A DNA stretch of 64,000 nucleotides, from contig JAYWIR010000017.1 of NCBI GenBank assembly GCA_036172245.1, positions 1,426,001 to 1,490,000 on the forward strand, in the 5' to 3' direction. Below, piece after piece: positions 36,661-50,400 of the stretch. Under the pieces are notes generated by a model. The model was not told the origin of the DNA. It did no database searches and worked only from the letters and a program-made list of their open reading frames with translations. A program made the translations under genes and the position numbers. Numbering within the stretch: the stretch's first letter is position 1; each line of letters starts with the position of its first letter. Source of the DNA: Raillietiella orientalis (Eukaryota).

Positions 36661-38339
36661 ATTCGTTATTCTCACAGGCCTGCGCCAACCATCCGGTCTC
36701 GTGGTCATGTCTTTGCCGGCATAATGAAGATGGTGGTGACATTTCGAACAAGAGTGACTGACGCAGCCAACTACGTTGGATTTCTCGCTGGCATTTCTGC
36801 CAGTGCTCCAGCAAAATCCATTCTTTCTCACTACTCGGTTTCAGCCTCCTAAGTCTGCAAGTGGAAATGAGGTGACGAACACACATGTGCATGTAATTGC
36901 CTGTGGGCATAAAGAAACGACCCGTATGAAGAGGGCATTTTGCTATTTCGTAGTAAAAATTTTTAATAAAAATTTCGATGATAGAAGATCTCATCGGGAA
37001 TATGTTCCTTCGGAAGGATATTCCAGAATCGCAAAGCTATTCTTTCTGGAAATATCCCCATTTAAGGAAACTCGTCCACATATCTGAAGGACTTTGGTTG
37101 GTAAAAACCAGGATGCCAATACTCGTGGTTTGAACTCACTTATTTCCTACATGAAAATCTGTCCTGAAATGAAAAAAGATTGGTTTTTATGGCTGCTGCT
37201 TGTTGTCACGGGCTCCTGAGAAAGAAAGGAACATAGTGCGAAGTGGACTATTCCACTTTATCACTGAGTTGACTGTTAAAATGATCAAGAGACCGAAAAA
37301 CCAGGGGGAAGAATCACGCTTCATCCCGCTTTGAATGTGCAAAAGATTCAAAGATCTTTTGAACTTTGCGCCGTTTGTGCATGTCTGTAATATTCGTATA
37401 TGATAGAAGAATACGGAGGTGTGATCAAAGAGTTCTAAGGCTTAGTCATTGTGAATCACGGCACATCCAACATTTTTAAGAGCTTTACCTATCAAAGTAA
37501 CCTCATCCCGATAAGTGCAATCCCCTGAAAATTTCTGAAGCCATGCTCTGGCATGTCGTCAACCGCTAAATGATTGGATCTCCCTTTCACATGACTATGG
37601 ATGGCCGGAAGGTCATCAAATATTCATCTTTTTCGTCTCATTCTGATCTTGAAGAACAGAAAAAGAACACGCATAGTGCAAGGTCAGACGAAAAGGAGAA
37701 TGTTGCATCACAGGGATGCTTTTTCCAACAAAAATTTCAACAGGCACGGCAGTGTGCGAAAGAATGCTGCTATCATGGGTGCAGGAGCCATCGATCATTT
37801 TCAAAAGGTTGCGGCGGCTCCTCCTGACTCCAACCCTTGATCAAATCGGAACCTCCTTTCAAAAGTCCTGTTCGGTAACTCGCTGCAGAACCACGATGAG
37901 TGTCAAAGAATTGTAGAACTTTCTGTTTGCACCTCCTATACAACATTTCCTAATGATGTGCTGACTATTGATGATGATGTTTGCAGCCCATCTTCGTTGT
38001 CTGCCATCCTGGTTTCTCATCCAACGAGGAGTGCATTTTTTCTTTCGGAATTATTGCAATAGCATCGTCTCCTTGGTAGCGCTGGTTTGAGTTTTGGAGA
38101 CAGGATTTTCCGCACATGAAATGTGCATGATGTGGACGCTGGCATCTACCACTGATGCACGTAAATTGAGCAATCTCTCGAGAACAATACAGCTTCTACT
38201 CCAATCGATCTGATGATCACGAATGGCTACCTTCTTGTGAGCCATGACTGGCACGTATGTGCTGCTTGCAAGAGCAAGGTTTCGACCTCTTCACAGTCTA
38301 TCTTCTCTCTCCCTTCTTCCTTTGCATTTTCCTTCTCAT

Positions 38340-38860
38340 TGGACCTTGTACTGCCGGGCTTGGGAAGGTTGGCGGCTTGGAACAATTGCCAGTCGAGAAG
38401 TTACCGACCTCCTCGGACAACTTGCACAGGCCGAGGCAACTTGCGGACGTGCTGACCTATGAAAAATCTAAAAATTTCTGGAAATCGGCACATATTTTCT
38501 GACGATTCTCCCGATGCTGCTTCCCAGAAACTTGCCCATTCCACTTCCTGCAACCAAAGGACGAACTCTTTGGGAAGAGCAGGCAGTAGCAGAACAGAGC
38601 GCGTCAACAAGAAAAAAATAAAATCGGACCATTCTTCTTGGCAGGGTCCAGTTGCGATTAGAGAAACAGTCAAGGGAAAAGGAAGGAGTGAGGGAAAGAA
38701 GCTGTTTCAGGAGAGGTGGCAGAGACGACGACGACGGGCGAGACAGGAAGCTCTGCCAGACCAGCAGGTCGTCGCTCAAGTTGCAAGTTGCTTAAGCTCG
38801 AGTTGCATCCCTTCGAGCGAGCCAGAAGCCCACGAAGCCAATGGTCGACCCTAGCAGCCT
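38340..38860 (+). mobile_element. Possible LINE ORF1 C-terminal relic
   Basis: Frameshifted CRA.GKVG...NC.VEK knuckle-like relic, then LADVL and a basic low-complexity tail. Confidence 0.25.
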
Positions 38861-39049
38861 TCGGAGATTGCGACAAGACCTGGGCCATCACAGCACTGGA
38901 AGAAAAAGAAAAGAATACCCAAACACCGGTGACAGCACAGTGCTGGGAAAGGAGAAGGTTTCCATGGCTTCCAGCTTCTGATGTGGTGACAACCTGCAAT
39001 CCATTGTGGCTATTGCCTTTGCTTCAATTGTTGCTTATTGTTCTCGAAT

Positions 39050-40210
39050 GAGAATAACCCCAGGTCAAATGGCTCTCCCGGGTATTTGCATCTGTCTTCG
39101 AAGTCCAGTATAGGGAGGTCAGCTCTGAAGACCTCGAGGGTAGTTTTTCCAATTCCTCTTGGCTTGTTTGCTCGAACCTTCTGGGATTTATGGATTGCCC
39201 AGAGCTTTGGCGCATAACACATGCGGAGGCATCTGCGCATGCAGTCCATCATCCGATCCGGCTATCAATACCAACCAGATCGTCCCCATGGACTGACAGC
39301 ATCCAGAGCCGCTTTCCCATTTTATGTAGAACGGGGAGGTCGACGAATCTGAATATCCCTCCCGGTGGTCTGCGATTCCGCTTATACAAACGCGTGGACC
39401 TTGATGATGCTTCCAAAGATCCCGCTCTCCTCTCTCTTAGGTACCCACATCTGTAGGATTATGGGAGACGCGTCCGTGAGATCCATGAACGGAATGCCAT
39501 TGGTTCTGTAATCTTCTAGAGCCGCCGGTTCTGGTCGGCAGAATGGTTTCCTTCTAGAACTCCATCGGGCAGGAGGAATCTCTTACACTACGAATAGGTG
39601 ACCTGTCCCTCATGAGCCATTCTCAGAGTCTTCTGGGGAAACATTTTGAGTGTAGGCGATCGATACGGTCGCTAGTCCCGATCGGTCTCCACCCGTTTGC
39701 AAGCCTTGACGACGATTTGGGGAGCAGGATTGCCTTTGAGTGCTTCCAGTGTACTGGAGCGCAGATGAACTCATGTTAAAGATCTCCTCTAGCATCTCTG
39801 ACTCTGGACCCGCCGATTTGCAGCCATCGGATGAGATTCCATCGGATCTGGGGCGAATTCTTCCTGTCCGAAACCATCTTGAATGGCGTGGTATCAATTA
39901 GTGCTGCCAGATTGTTTCCTTCTGCCCTGGCGTTCCCGGATATCGAAGGCTCTGTCCCAGCATTCATTTCCCAGAATGTGTGCAAAGTGCCTTTCCAATT
40001 CTCCAGCAGGGAAATAGTTCGCGTCCTTAGCCCCAGAACTGCTTTCATTCCTGTTTCCGGACACTCTTCATCTTTCATAGTTGGCCATAGCATGCACCTT
40101 TTGTTAATCTCTTTCACTTTGGTTGCTTGCGGCTCAGTCTCAAGCTCGGCATCGTTTGACCCTGTGCCGCACCTTATGTGCAGTTCAGGACCAGTTTCTT
40201 GTTCCATCTC
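39050..40210 (-). mobile_element. Possible LINE ORF1 relic
   Basis: Residual protein-like ORFs (39776-40207, 39010-39252) with the GI.KTT.EV...LP pattern of Tx1-type ORF1. Confidence 0.3.
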
Positions 40211-41876
40211 TTTCCCCTTGGGTTGCAGCCTAGCAGGTCATGCGATGCCTGTCATGACCTGAGAGGCGCTTCTATGAGGTCCAGAATTGGGATGCAATGA
40301 CGAGTTATTCCATATGAGAATGGTCCACCTTCCCTGATTCCTCATTCCCTGTTTGGATGACACTTGCGTTTGGAATTTCTTCCCGTGTCCATATCGACTG
40401 AGCGAATTGCACTGTATCTGACAAAAATGTCTTTTCCTAAGTGTTGCAACTCAGTTCATTCAGTTCATGCACGCCTGTCATATCTTTGCTTTGCTCCTCT
40501 TTGTCACCGTTTTTCCCCTGGCTGTGGTCTACTAGGGTGCGTAGAGCCTTTCTAAAAGCAAAAATCCATTCCTTGTGCACAGAAGCCGATGAAGACGTCA
40601 GGTTCTCCTTACATATCAGCTACCACATCTCAACTCCGTTATTGCATCTTTTCCGTGCAGGTGACACATCGATTGAACTGCAGCTCAGCTCAGACAGCTG
40701 ATCCCTCTAAATTTCCTCTGGAGTCGTCGGATTATTCTCTCGACCAATCTTAGTTGCGCCGTAAAAGCGTTCTCGACTGGTCGGTCTAATTTTTTTCAAG
40801 TAAGCGGTGGGTAAGGCAAGATAACTTAATCTTTTTTCGGATCTGTTGAAACTTGAAACAGCCATGTTGAGCTGGAAAAGAGTTTTTACCTACCCGATAA
40901 CCCTGCGTTTCAGTACATGACGCTGCTTCTGGTGAAGGCAGTCACGCTACCTAAATGACAGAGAGGTTGCAGCAAATTTCGTTCACTATCAGCAAGATGC
41001 AATATTCTACCAAATAAACAAGAGGAAGTTGTAAACTACAAGCTTGGTTCACCACCTTCCAGCGAAGAAGTGATTCCCACAGTTATTTTGGCAGGCTTTA
41101 GCGGTTGAACACGCATCCGGAAGAGAAGTCTCAGAACTTGCCTATTGGAAAATTGCCTTTATCTATGTCTTCTGATCCTGTGTACCTGACCTCGCACCTT
41201 CGCACATTTTGAATTGAAGTGGCAGATTTGGAGCGGGCAGGCCCGTGGCAACGATAGCGGCTAAAGGGATAACAAAAGTTGAAGTTGCATCCTTCCTTTA
41301 TTTTCCATTAATCACCTCCTTTGCATCCCTTCCTCTAGACTTTTCTAGAAGTCGTCGGCCTACACTCAAGTCAGCCAACATGACAGAGGCCCCCACACTA
41401 AAACGCCGACGGGGCTCAATCAAACGGTCTTCTGGCGTGCGCTGCTGGACTCCCAGCATTTCCGAAAGTCTTTCTTTTGGGACCCTCCGAGCAGTACAAA
41501 ACGAACGAAAGACTTACCACAACCAACTCCAAGCAGGAGTTCGACGCTTGTAGGGAGACCATCTGTTTGCAGAAACTCAATGCGGCAGCACGAATCTGCG
41601 ACGGGAAGCTCGTAAAAAGATGAACGTCACGGATCTTTCCTTCCCTGCGTATTGGTATCCGAATCTGAAAAGATAATCTATAACAGCGTGAAAGGGTGAG
41701 TGGATATGGCAGGAGAAAAGGGATACGGCTCACCAGCATCTACACACAATGCGAAGACCGACATTGCTGAACGTCCGAGGAAAAAACTGAGCGTCTGAAC
41801 AACAGAAGCGAAAGTTGTTCCGACGCAATGTGCTCTTTGATATAGGAAAACAAAAGATTCTGGAGCACGTACACAA

Positions 41877-42660
41877 GTGTCTGAACGAAGAACAGAGGAA
41901 TTGAATTTGAAGATCACGGAGCAGAGGGAAATCAAGATAACCCTTGCACAACTGGTCAAGGATGTGACTCGGGATCTGATAGTACGACCGTCTCGCACTG
42001 ACAGCGCTCAACTTCCCTCTGCTGTGTCCGCCTGTTTTGTAAACTCATTGGAAGAGATCAATGAGGAAGAAAAAGTTCCAGTCTCTTTCAACGAGGGCAG
42101 GATGCGACTGCTTCTAAAGGGAGGAGGCCTGATCAAGGTCACTCGGTGGAGACCGATATCCACCCTGAACACTCTGATGCCAAGGACTTGGTCATGATTT
42201 GGCCATCAGACTTAGGAGATAATGGTAGATTCCGTGATCCGTCCTATGCAAACGTGTGTGGTCCCAGGAATCCACATGGGAGATGAAGTGTACCTAAGCC
42301 GCCATCTTCCTGCATGGGATGACGTTCAGCGACCTGGTGCTGGAACTCACGGACATGGAGCAGATGTTTGGCTCTGTGGCTCACCACACGCTCCTCGGCA
42401 TGCTGGGAAAACTAGGCCGTCCAAGACAATTCTGTGGATGCGTAGAGACGGCAGTGCAAGAGACAAGATTCAAGATCGCGATAAACGGCCGTGAAACGAA
42501 GGCAATTAAGACGGGAAGGGGCGTCCGCCAAGGGGACGCCCCGAGTCCAATGCTCTTCATTCCGCACATGAAAGCTGCGTCCAACTTAATCAACAGGGGC
42601 CTCTGACTGGAGGGATTAGAAATAAAAGGGGAGAGAATTAAACCCCCGGCATATATCATT
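41877..42660 (+). mobile_element. L1/Tx1-clade reverse transcriptase pseudogene
   Basis: LLLKGG..RWRPISTLN, IRPMQTCVVPG, DMEQMFGSVAH (for D.EKAFD.V.H), INGRETKAIKTGRGVRQGDAPSPMLF and LEGLEIKGERIK..AY span three frames with stops; truncated at the YADD position. Confidence 0.9.
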
Positions 42661-44329
42661 AGTTTTTCATCCTGAGGAGCAAAGTCGACGGAATGGAGTT
42701 ACTGGAAGTCACCCAAAGCATGCGCGCAGGATGAAGCTGGAACACTGCCCGAACTGCCAAGACCCAAAAGTCCAAAATGCCTGCGACGGGAATCCCCGGC
42801 ATCTGCAACACGAAAAGAAGGGAAGTTTAGATGATTGACGAGCTGAGATACTTGTTGCACTCTCATTGATGATTCCTCGTCTCAGGCAGACCAGGGTAGG
42901 GATACTCTTAAGCTCGAGTGAGGAAAGAAGCGAACAAACACAGCGGACCCAGCTGCTCCCGGAAGGAAAGGACAAAATCCAATAGGATGCGGTTTTCGCT
43001 CCCGAAGATTGAGCGTGGACTGGCCTTCTGCTCGATGCCAGAGAAGACTGGGAAGAGACTCACGGGTTTGCAACGAAGCGTGAGTATGGAAAACAAGAAA
43101 AGTCCAGTGAAGGTGGCTACGGAATGAAGACCCCTGGAACATGGGACCAAGTGCCATGGTTGCTCATACCCACCCATACGCATCATCCGCTCCCGGAAAG
43201 ACTGGTCAAATGATCTCCAAAGAACAAACGCAAAATCGCATCAGTGGCTCAGGAAGACCCATGCTAGAACTCATGAGCAGCAAGGACCATAAAGCAACAG
43301 TTGCACGTGAACAAAGCGCTCAGAGAGGTACTGAAAAGCAAGGAACTCTGGAAGAGAGAGAGAGGGGGGGGGGGAAGCTTGTCTCTTTGTTCGTCCCGAT
43401 TCGGCACTCCCGAGCGAGGTGGTTTGAGACGAGTCGAAGAGGAAGCTCCATAATCATCAAAGAAACTGAAAGTCAGATTCCAGTGTTCGGTTCCTGAAAA
43501 CACAGGAGCAAGAATTTTCGCAGCGCACGATTCCCCTCCCCCCCCCTGTCTTCCCTGACGGAAGAGCAGCAACGCGGTGGTTCATTAAAACGACAAATAT
43601 GCGACGAATGGCCTGCACGGTTGTGTCTGTCACTTCGTTTTTTTTTTTTTCAGTCCTCACACTTTTGGTGGTTCAGGGTCACGTTGGTAGGTCAGGGTTT
43701 CTGCGCACTCGGACCTGCTCTTGCACTTTTTGCAAGATATATCGCCAGGTCCAAGCTAAAACCCTTCCGGGGTCGGACATACTCATCTCCTCCCTTCTCA
43801 GGGCCCGTTAGGAGTTCCTTGGAAGCCACGGCTTTTTTACGTTTAGGATATCCGACCTTCTTATCACGATGCTCGTGATGGGAGGAGACGACGGCGCCTC
43901 ACATCACGGGTTGTATGAGCGAGCGATCATCCCTTTCAGATTGTCCAGTCGGAATCTTCGCTTAGGTCTTCTCCTGTTTCACCACTTTCTAATCCTGGAT
44001 CGACGCTCTGCAGGTAAACATATGGAGTTGGGTTTCTCCCTGCTCCATATGTTTGCCGAAGTAAAAACAAAGGGAACAAAAGGCAGAGAAAGAGAAGGAG
44101 AGAGAGAACGCAATGATAAAGTCTTGGCATCACGCAGTAGCAAGTCCAAGTAGTTACACCGATCTTTTGTTTAAAGAAAAAAAATTCTGTACCAGATATG
44201 CGTCCCTGCCATGGTTCGGGCTCGCTTTTTTCTCAGCATGTAGCGATAGGCCCTTGAGGGAGTCTCCCACCGTTGTGGATGCCCATCTCGCGCTCGAGTA
44301 ATCCTGTTATGATGTCAGTGGCTGCCACA

Positions 44330-44480
44330 TCTCTTGCATTTTGCAGCCTTGCCGCTCTGGTTACTGTGCTGCTGACGGCGAAGGTGACTCTCGTCCTCAC
44401 TATCGGGTTGCCTGCGTGGACCTTCGCGCTCCTCCCTCGAACAGCCGACTGGGAATTTCGGCTCCCGGTTTTGTCCTCTA
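44330..44480 (-). mobile_element. Possible RNase H relic of a retroelement
   Basis: KVHAGNP followed, after a frameshift, by DSEDESHL resembles KAHAG.PGNE.AD.LA. Confidence 0.2.
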
Positions 44481-47400
44481 CATGCAGAGCCTTCTCGGCT
44501 GCTTGCCAGCCTCCGTGCACGGTGCGGCATGCAAGCAAATGGCACACCGTCCCCTTGTTTCCACACTCACGACAAAATTGATCGAGAGGGTTCCTTGTCC
44601 AGCGAATTGGGTGTGCTGCCGATGAGGCCGCTGCGATAAAAGCATAAGCAGGTCATTTTGCACCCGCGGCGGCAGATCGGACTGCCGCAGCGTTGCTCCA
44701 GCTGCTTGCAAGTTGGCACGGTAGACTCTGCAGATTAGGCCTGGTGTCTCTTCTTGAGCACTACTGGTCCTGAGATGGTCTGTTGGATTTCCTTCTCACC
44801 ACTTTGCAACGGACCTCAATGCGGCGCCCTTTCCAGAGCGAGTCGTTCTCTCTCTACTAATGGTTGAAGTGCTTCTCGTCGTTGCAAACTCATTCTATTT
44901 GTCAAAGAACCTGCGATGAGCGTTCTCAATTTTGCAAACAAGAAGTGGATCCCCATGCTGACTTCTGTGGACGCAAGGAACTAGCCACCCGCACTTGTCG
45001 CTTTCAAGAGCTAGGAGCATGTGGTCATAAACTAAACAAAGATCTTGAATGATCAAAGAGGTGATGGTGGGAAGCCTGAAAGAAAAAAAAATTCCTTTTC
45101 CAAGTGAGACAAACAGCTTGATGCAAAATTGCATCTGAGAATCTCCGTGTAAGGTAATCAGGTTCCCTTTAGAAGATACATGGGTTTACAAGACAATCAA
45201 TATACGTTTATCAAAACCTGTTTAATGGCCTCAGCTTCCTTTTATTTTCATTTTAATCCAAGTTGCTTTTCTTTATCGCGTTTCATGTGATCCTTACTAG
45301 GATTTCTGATCTCGAATGCTATTCTTTGTTCTCAGCTTTTGAATTCTATGCACCATCTTGCAAATGAAGATTTCGAAACCTTTTTTCTCTTACTTGAGAA
45401 ATTTTCCAAACTCCCAATTTTCTTTCACTTCATCTTCCATTGGAAGTAACGGTTCTTACCGACTGCGACGACTCCTGCAGAGACCTTAAAAAACAATAAG
45501 TCCGCAGAGAAAGCGTTAAACAGTTCTTGTAAATTTCCACCGCCTCCATCTATGGAAACATATACGGGAGTTTTCCTTTGTTCCCAGAGCACCTTATACA
45601 GAAATCTTTTCCAGACTGAAAAGGGGATTAGACAAAGGACTCGAAAAAGATCTTTTGGGTGCTAAATATCTGAACCTGAGTTTTCCTTGTTTCCATAAGA
45701 TGCTCGTTTATTTAGGGGGAGCGCCGCCAGACTGGATTTTAGATATGCGAGCGATCTTCGAAGTTCGACCTCAACTTGAACGAATTCAACCCCTCCAGAG
45801 GGTCTGTTTCTCTGCTTTCCACTGGTTGGAAACTGATCTGAATTTGCATTCTTGCAGCAGATGCCAACGGCTGACCATCGATATCGAGGCTGACAACAGT
45901 TTTAATTTATGTAGCACGCAGCAGGATCAAGGAATTTGATTTGCGAACTGTTGTTGATTTCCAAGTAGCTACAGCACGAGTGCTTCACGGTCAAGAGAAG
46001 ATGAGGAGCACTGCCGCTCCTTAGGTAGAGTCCCGGAGGCCATAGGGAGTTCGTGCGACACTGTAGGACAGCTGCTATTAGAAAACTCTTTCGCCACTCG
46101 GCGGTGGAGGTAGATCTCATGCTCTGTTTATAATCCACAAACTCAGAGTGCGTTAGGCAGCTAGCAGCAGGCTGGACTAACCCCTTGAGGCGAAAGCAGC
46201 AAGACCTCAGACTCTTAACGATTCCGAATGTGTCCTTCGCCAGGAAACGTTTAGTGTGCCGAAACACAGACACTCAGCTTCCATAGAGTGACTCTGGTAG
46301 TCATGCTCAAGGTTATAGCCTTTTCGGAAGATTTAGCGTACGCAGCTAAGCACACTCACCTGAATTCACGACGCTTGCACAACCGTTAGGTACCGTGAAT
46401 GCTCATCGACTATCAAAGAACCAACGAACCAGAGCATATCAACCGCAAACGTAGCTGGCGGAGAATGACTGATTCTAGCGTTGAATGGAATTTTAGAACG
46501 TTTGGAATGCTGGTTAAAAGAGGTTGACATCTCGAGAAAAAATTTACATTGGAAGCATTCCTACTCATCTGCGATCTAGACACGACGGCATAATGATCAT
46601 TAAATGATGATAACGCCGGCATGATGTCGACCTGCGTATTCTAACATACGCAAGTCGACATTTGCATTCTCGAGACAGATAGCAGCCATTGACATGACAT
46701 GAGCGAGCATCTGCTGGCTATGCAAAAGAAAAGATCCAATAGTCTTAAGTTTGGGTTCTGTCTCCGCTATCACAATACTCCACCAGAAACTTTCCATCCT
46801 CAGGAAACTTTCCCAGAATGCGGCCAGTTGGTTCCACTTTCTACTACTCTCCAAGTGCCATCACTTTCACATCTCTGGAAGACACTGTGATCATCTTCAG
46901 TTTTCTCTTAGGGACATTGGAGGTTCCTCAGTAGCACACACATTTTTGAAATACTTCAATGAGAAAACACCAAAGAAAGTTTCTGAAATTAAATTGAAAT
47001 TCTGAATTTGTCATCCTTTTGGCTGCACTTCATTTACAATGGCTGTCTTTATAAAATAAGAGAGAGAGGGAAAGTTGACACAGGTCATATTGTCATTATC
47101 ACTACCATTGCAGTCAGTTGTGGTTTGTTTTGTACCAGTTCGCGATTAAAGAGATTTCGTGCAGTATAATTCTGGAACGAACTGTTTCTTTAATCTTTCT
47201 TCTCAGTCTTTTTACCAACTGATTAAATCAGATTTCTTTAACGACTGACTAGCTAACGATGTCTTCCTAGTTCTTGTTGTCTGGTAGTCAGATGGATAGA
47301 TGAGCATAGCAATAATGGGGAGGTGGTTATTTGGAATCTTTGGGAAAGCTTGAGTTCATTCAAAACACGGGTTTTGTTCCTTTGCCGACGAAATCTGTGG

Positions 47401-50400
47401 TGAAATCTGTTCTTGAACGATATGATGACTTTTTGCTCTCAACATCATGTGAAGTCCAAGTACAGTTTCTCAGCAAATCCTGATGGTTGCAGAAGTGAAA
47501 GAGGGAAAGATTGTATATTTTTTGCAGTTCTTGTGATGTTTAGGTTTTCATCTGCTACAGCTCACGGGAAGAGGTGCAACTTAGCCACGAGGAAGTCAGT
47601 CGGCATGCTCAAGGAAACTTCTGTTATAGCTTCGAAAACGAATGCTGACTGGCCACAAGAAGATATTCCGAAAGATGTTTGCTTCGAGTAACTGATGATG
47701 TTTATAGCCTGCTGATATGTGATGCCGCTCTTTTGTCTACACTCTCCTAGATGGTCAAACGCGGAAAATAGCGGCAATTATCTGGAAAAGGCCTTATAGT
47801 TGAGATGCGTTTGGATCTGGGAAGTGATTCTCGTATTCAGAGTCCATCATCGTAGATATTCATTGGCTATTTGCAAATGGATGGCAGACTACTCAAGTTC
47901 TGTTTCCTCTTCACCTCTATTCGGCATTTTACTTCCGAGGTAGCCACCCGAGTTAGCACAAAACGGGAGAAGTGACATTGCATTCATTTCTCCTGGTAAT
48001 GTTTAATCAGCAACTGTTGTGTATTAACTCTTTCATAACTTTTAAGGCTCCTATATTTTCTTCCGTGCTCATTTTTGGTTGCAGCACGTTAGTGAAACAG
48101 GTGCAGAACAGCATTCTGAAGGTACAGGGTTCTCAAGATGGTCTGCATCTCAGTGCGATTTCCGTGAGCAGTTCCAGCAGCTCAGCAGTCCGTGGTTTGA
48201 GCAGAAAAGGAGACGCTGAGGATTCTTCGAGGGTTCATTTGCTTCCTTTCCTCCTAAAGGAGAAGGAAGATGGCTGAAAGTGAAGCCTTTGGTGCAGTAG
48301 GTTCCCATTCAGAAAAGAGCAAACTCTCTCTGAGTGAGCTGAGAGGTCTCAGGGACGTCCCTATCGGACGCACTCTGTCAGCTGAGATCACGAAGTCTCT
48401 GTCCTCTCGAACTAAAATGGACCTTCTCACTAAAATTCAGCTCCTCAGTTGTACCCAGAAAGTTTTAAAGTAGAGGTGGTGAAAACAAATGAGGAATCCA
48501 TATAGAAACTCACGCGTCTTCTGTTTCATTGATTATTAGACTTTTCGGCGTTTCGGACTCACCGAAATTTTGGAGGCAGTGTTGACCTGTGAGAAAATCG
48601 TAATCTCATGTATCTCTGCTTCCTCTTTTCTTGAAATACGCCTGCTGTCCTCTAGTAGAGAGAGTTGTGGATGAAACCCTCCTGAGTGATGGAACTCCTT
48701 TCGAAGGAGAGAATGTGGATTTTCATACTCTTCTCTTTCCGATCTCCCCGTCTGAAGAGAATTGCCTTGACCTTTGATGCGCGTATTTAATTTCTTGCTG
48801 CAGTCTCTTCGAAGAATAAATCGCAAGGATCATGTGGGGAGTACTGGATCGTCGTGAGCCTTTCCTGAAATTAGCATATGCAGATTCTCGGAGGTAGGCG
48901 AACGGATCGGTTCGGAGTTTTTATCACTGAGCGTAGCAGTGACGAGTATTTGCAATAGTCTTTGCACTCCATTTCTGACTGCCTTCTAACTTGTTTTCGG
49001 AACTCGCTGTCTCATCAGATGATCGAGATACGGCGGATTTTGTGAGGCCTTAGAACTCTGGGATCAGATAGAGTTCACTTCCAGAGAAACTTTGCATGTT
49101 GAGATAGTCGTAATGTCTGGCCTCGATTTGCCCGGAGCTATGTCTGCTACGGTGTTTAAATGTTGCCACATTCGAAGCTTTCGAACCATTTCCTACTACT
49201 GCCACTACTTCCGCATGCAATACACAACTCGATGGCATTTCTGGTAACGAAGAGACTGTGGTGAGTCTTGACTGCCGTTCCCATTCTAGGATTGATTTTC
49301 AAACTCCTGGATGAGCTGCTCATACTCTTTATAATACTCCCTTCCAGGACAATATCTGCTCCACTAGATTTCCATCAATTAACAAAACAAGTCGTTTTTT
49401 TTTTTGAAGGCCCACAAAAAGACCACGAAACATTCACCAGCGTTTCCTCTCCTATACCCAGTACGAGATAAAACTGGGCGCGTAAACAGGGAAGAAAACA
49501 GAGCAAACCTTGGCCGTAATGTGATGGGAATGCCGTATAGATTTTTGATATAGAGATACTGAAAGCATGAAATCATCTGAAGAGAAGAAAAATTGCTTCA
49601 GTATTCAAAATATTTTCATTTGGATGTCATCCCATTGATATTTTTTTAGTCGTCCGTAACAACTGAGACTGGCTGCTATGGAAATGGGGACTGTGAACTG
49701 TAGGACATTGACTGTAATAGAAATTCAGCCTGAATAATCAGTATAGCGGAGCCAAGTTTACCGGTAATGAGAAAATGAAAAGTTTCCAAAAGAAAATGAG
49801 CAAGAGAAGGAAGCGATAAAAGAAATGTTTCGCAAGAGTCCAAGGAAGGCTTTGAATCTATGCTACGAGATTAGGGTAATCTATTTTAAGTGTAAATACT
49901 CAGCACCTTGAAAATCCTAGAATACTTGATTGAACAAGTTGCAGAGCCAGAGATGAGATTCTTCTAACATTTTTCTAACAAACTGATTCCCTATTTTTAT
50001 ACGTACGAACATTTGGGCTTTAGCAGAGACACATGTAGTTTTCGATATCGGAACAAATACTTGACTGCTTCTGTCTTAAGCTTACCACAGAATGATGCCA
50101 ACGATGAAGTGCACATTTGTCAGGGCCCCAAAGAGTAGTGAGAGCACAGATTTTCCAGGATGCTAATATGCACAGGAACTTTGGACTTAACGATGACAAA
50201 CAACGAAGGAGGAAGACAAACGATTAAGACCTCCAGTTCAGCAAGCTGTTCGAAATGAGGGAGCAAATTTCCACGAAAGCGTGTCATGCAAATTGAGAGA
50301 ATTCCTCGTAGGGTCCACTAATTGAAGCAAAGCCTGCTTGAATAGCTGCTGAGCAGACGAAGTCATTTTTGATGCTTCCACGAAGGAAGGCAATTTGCAT

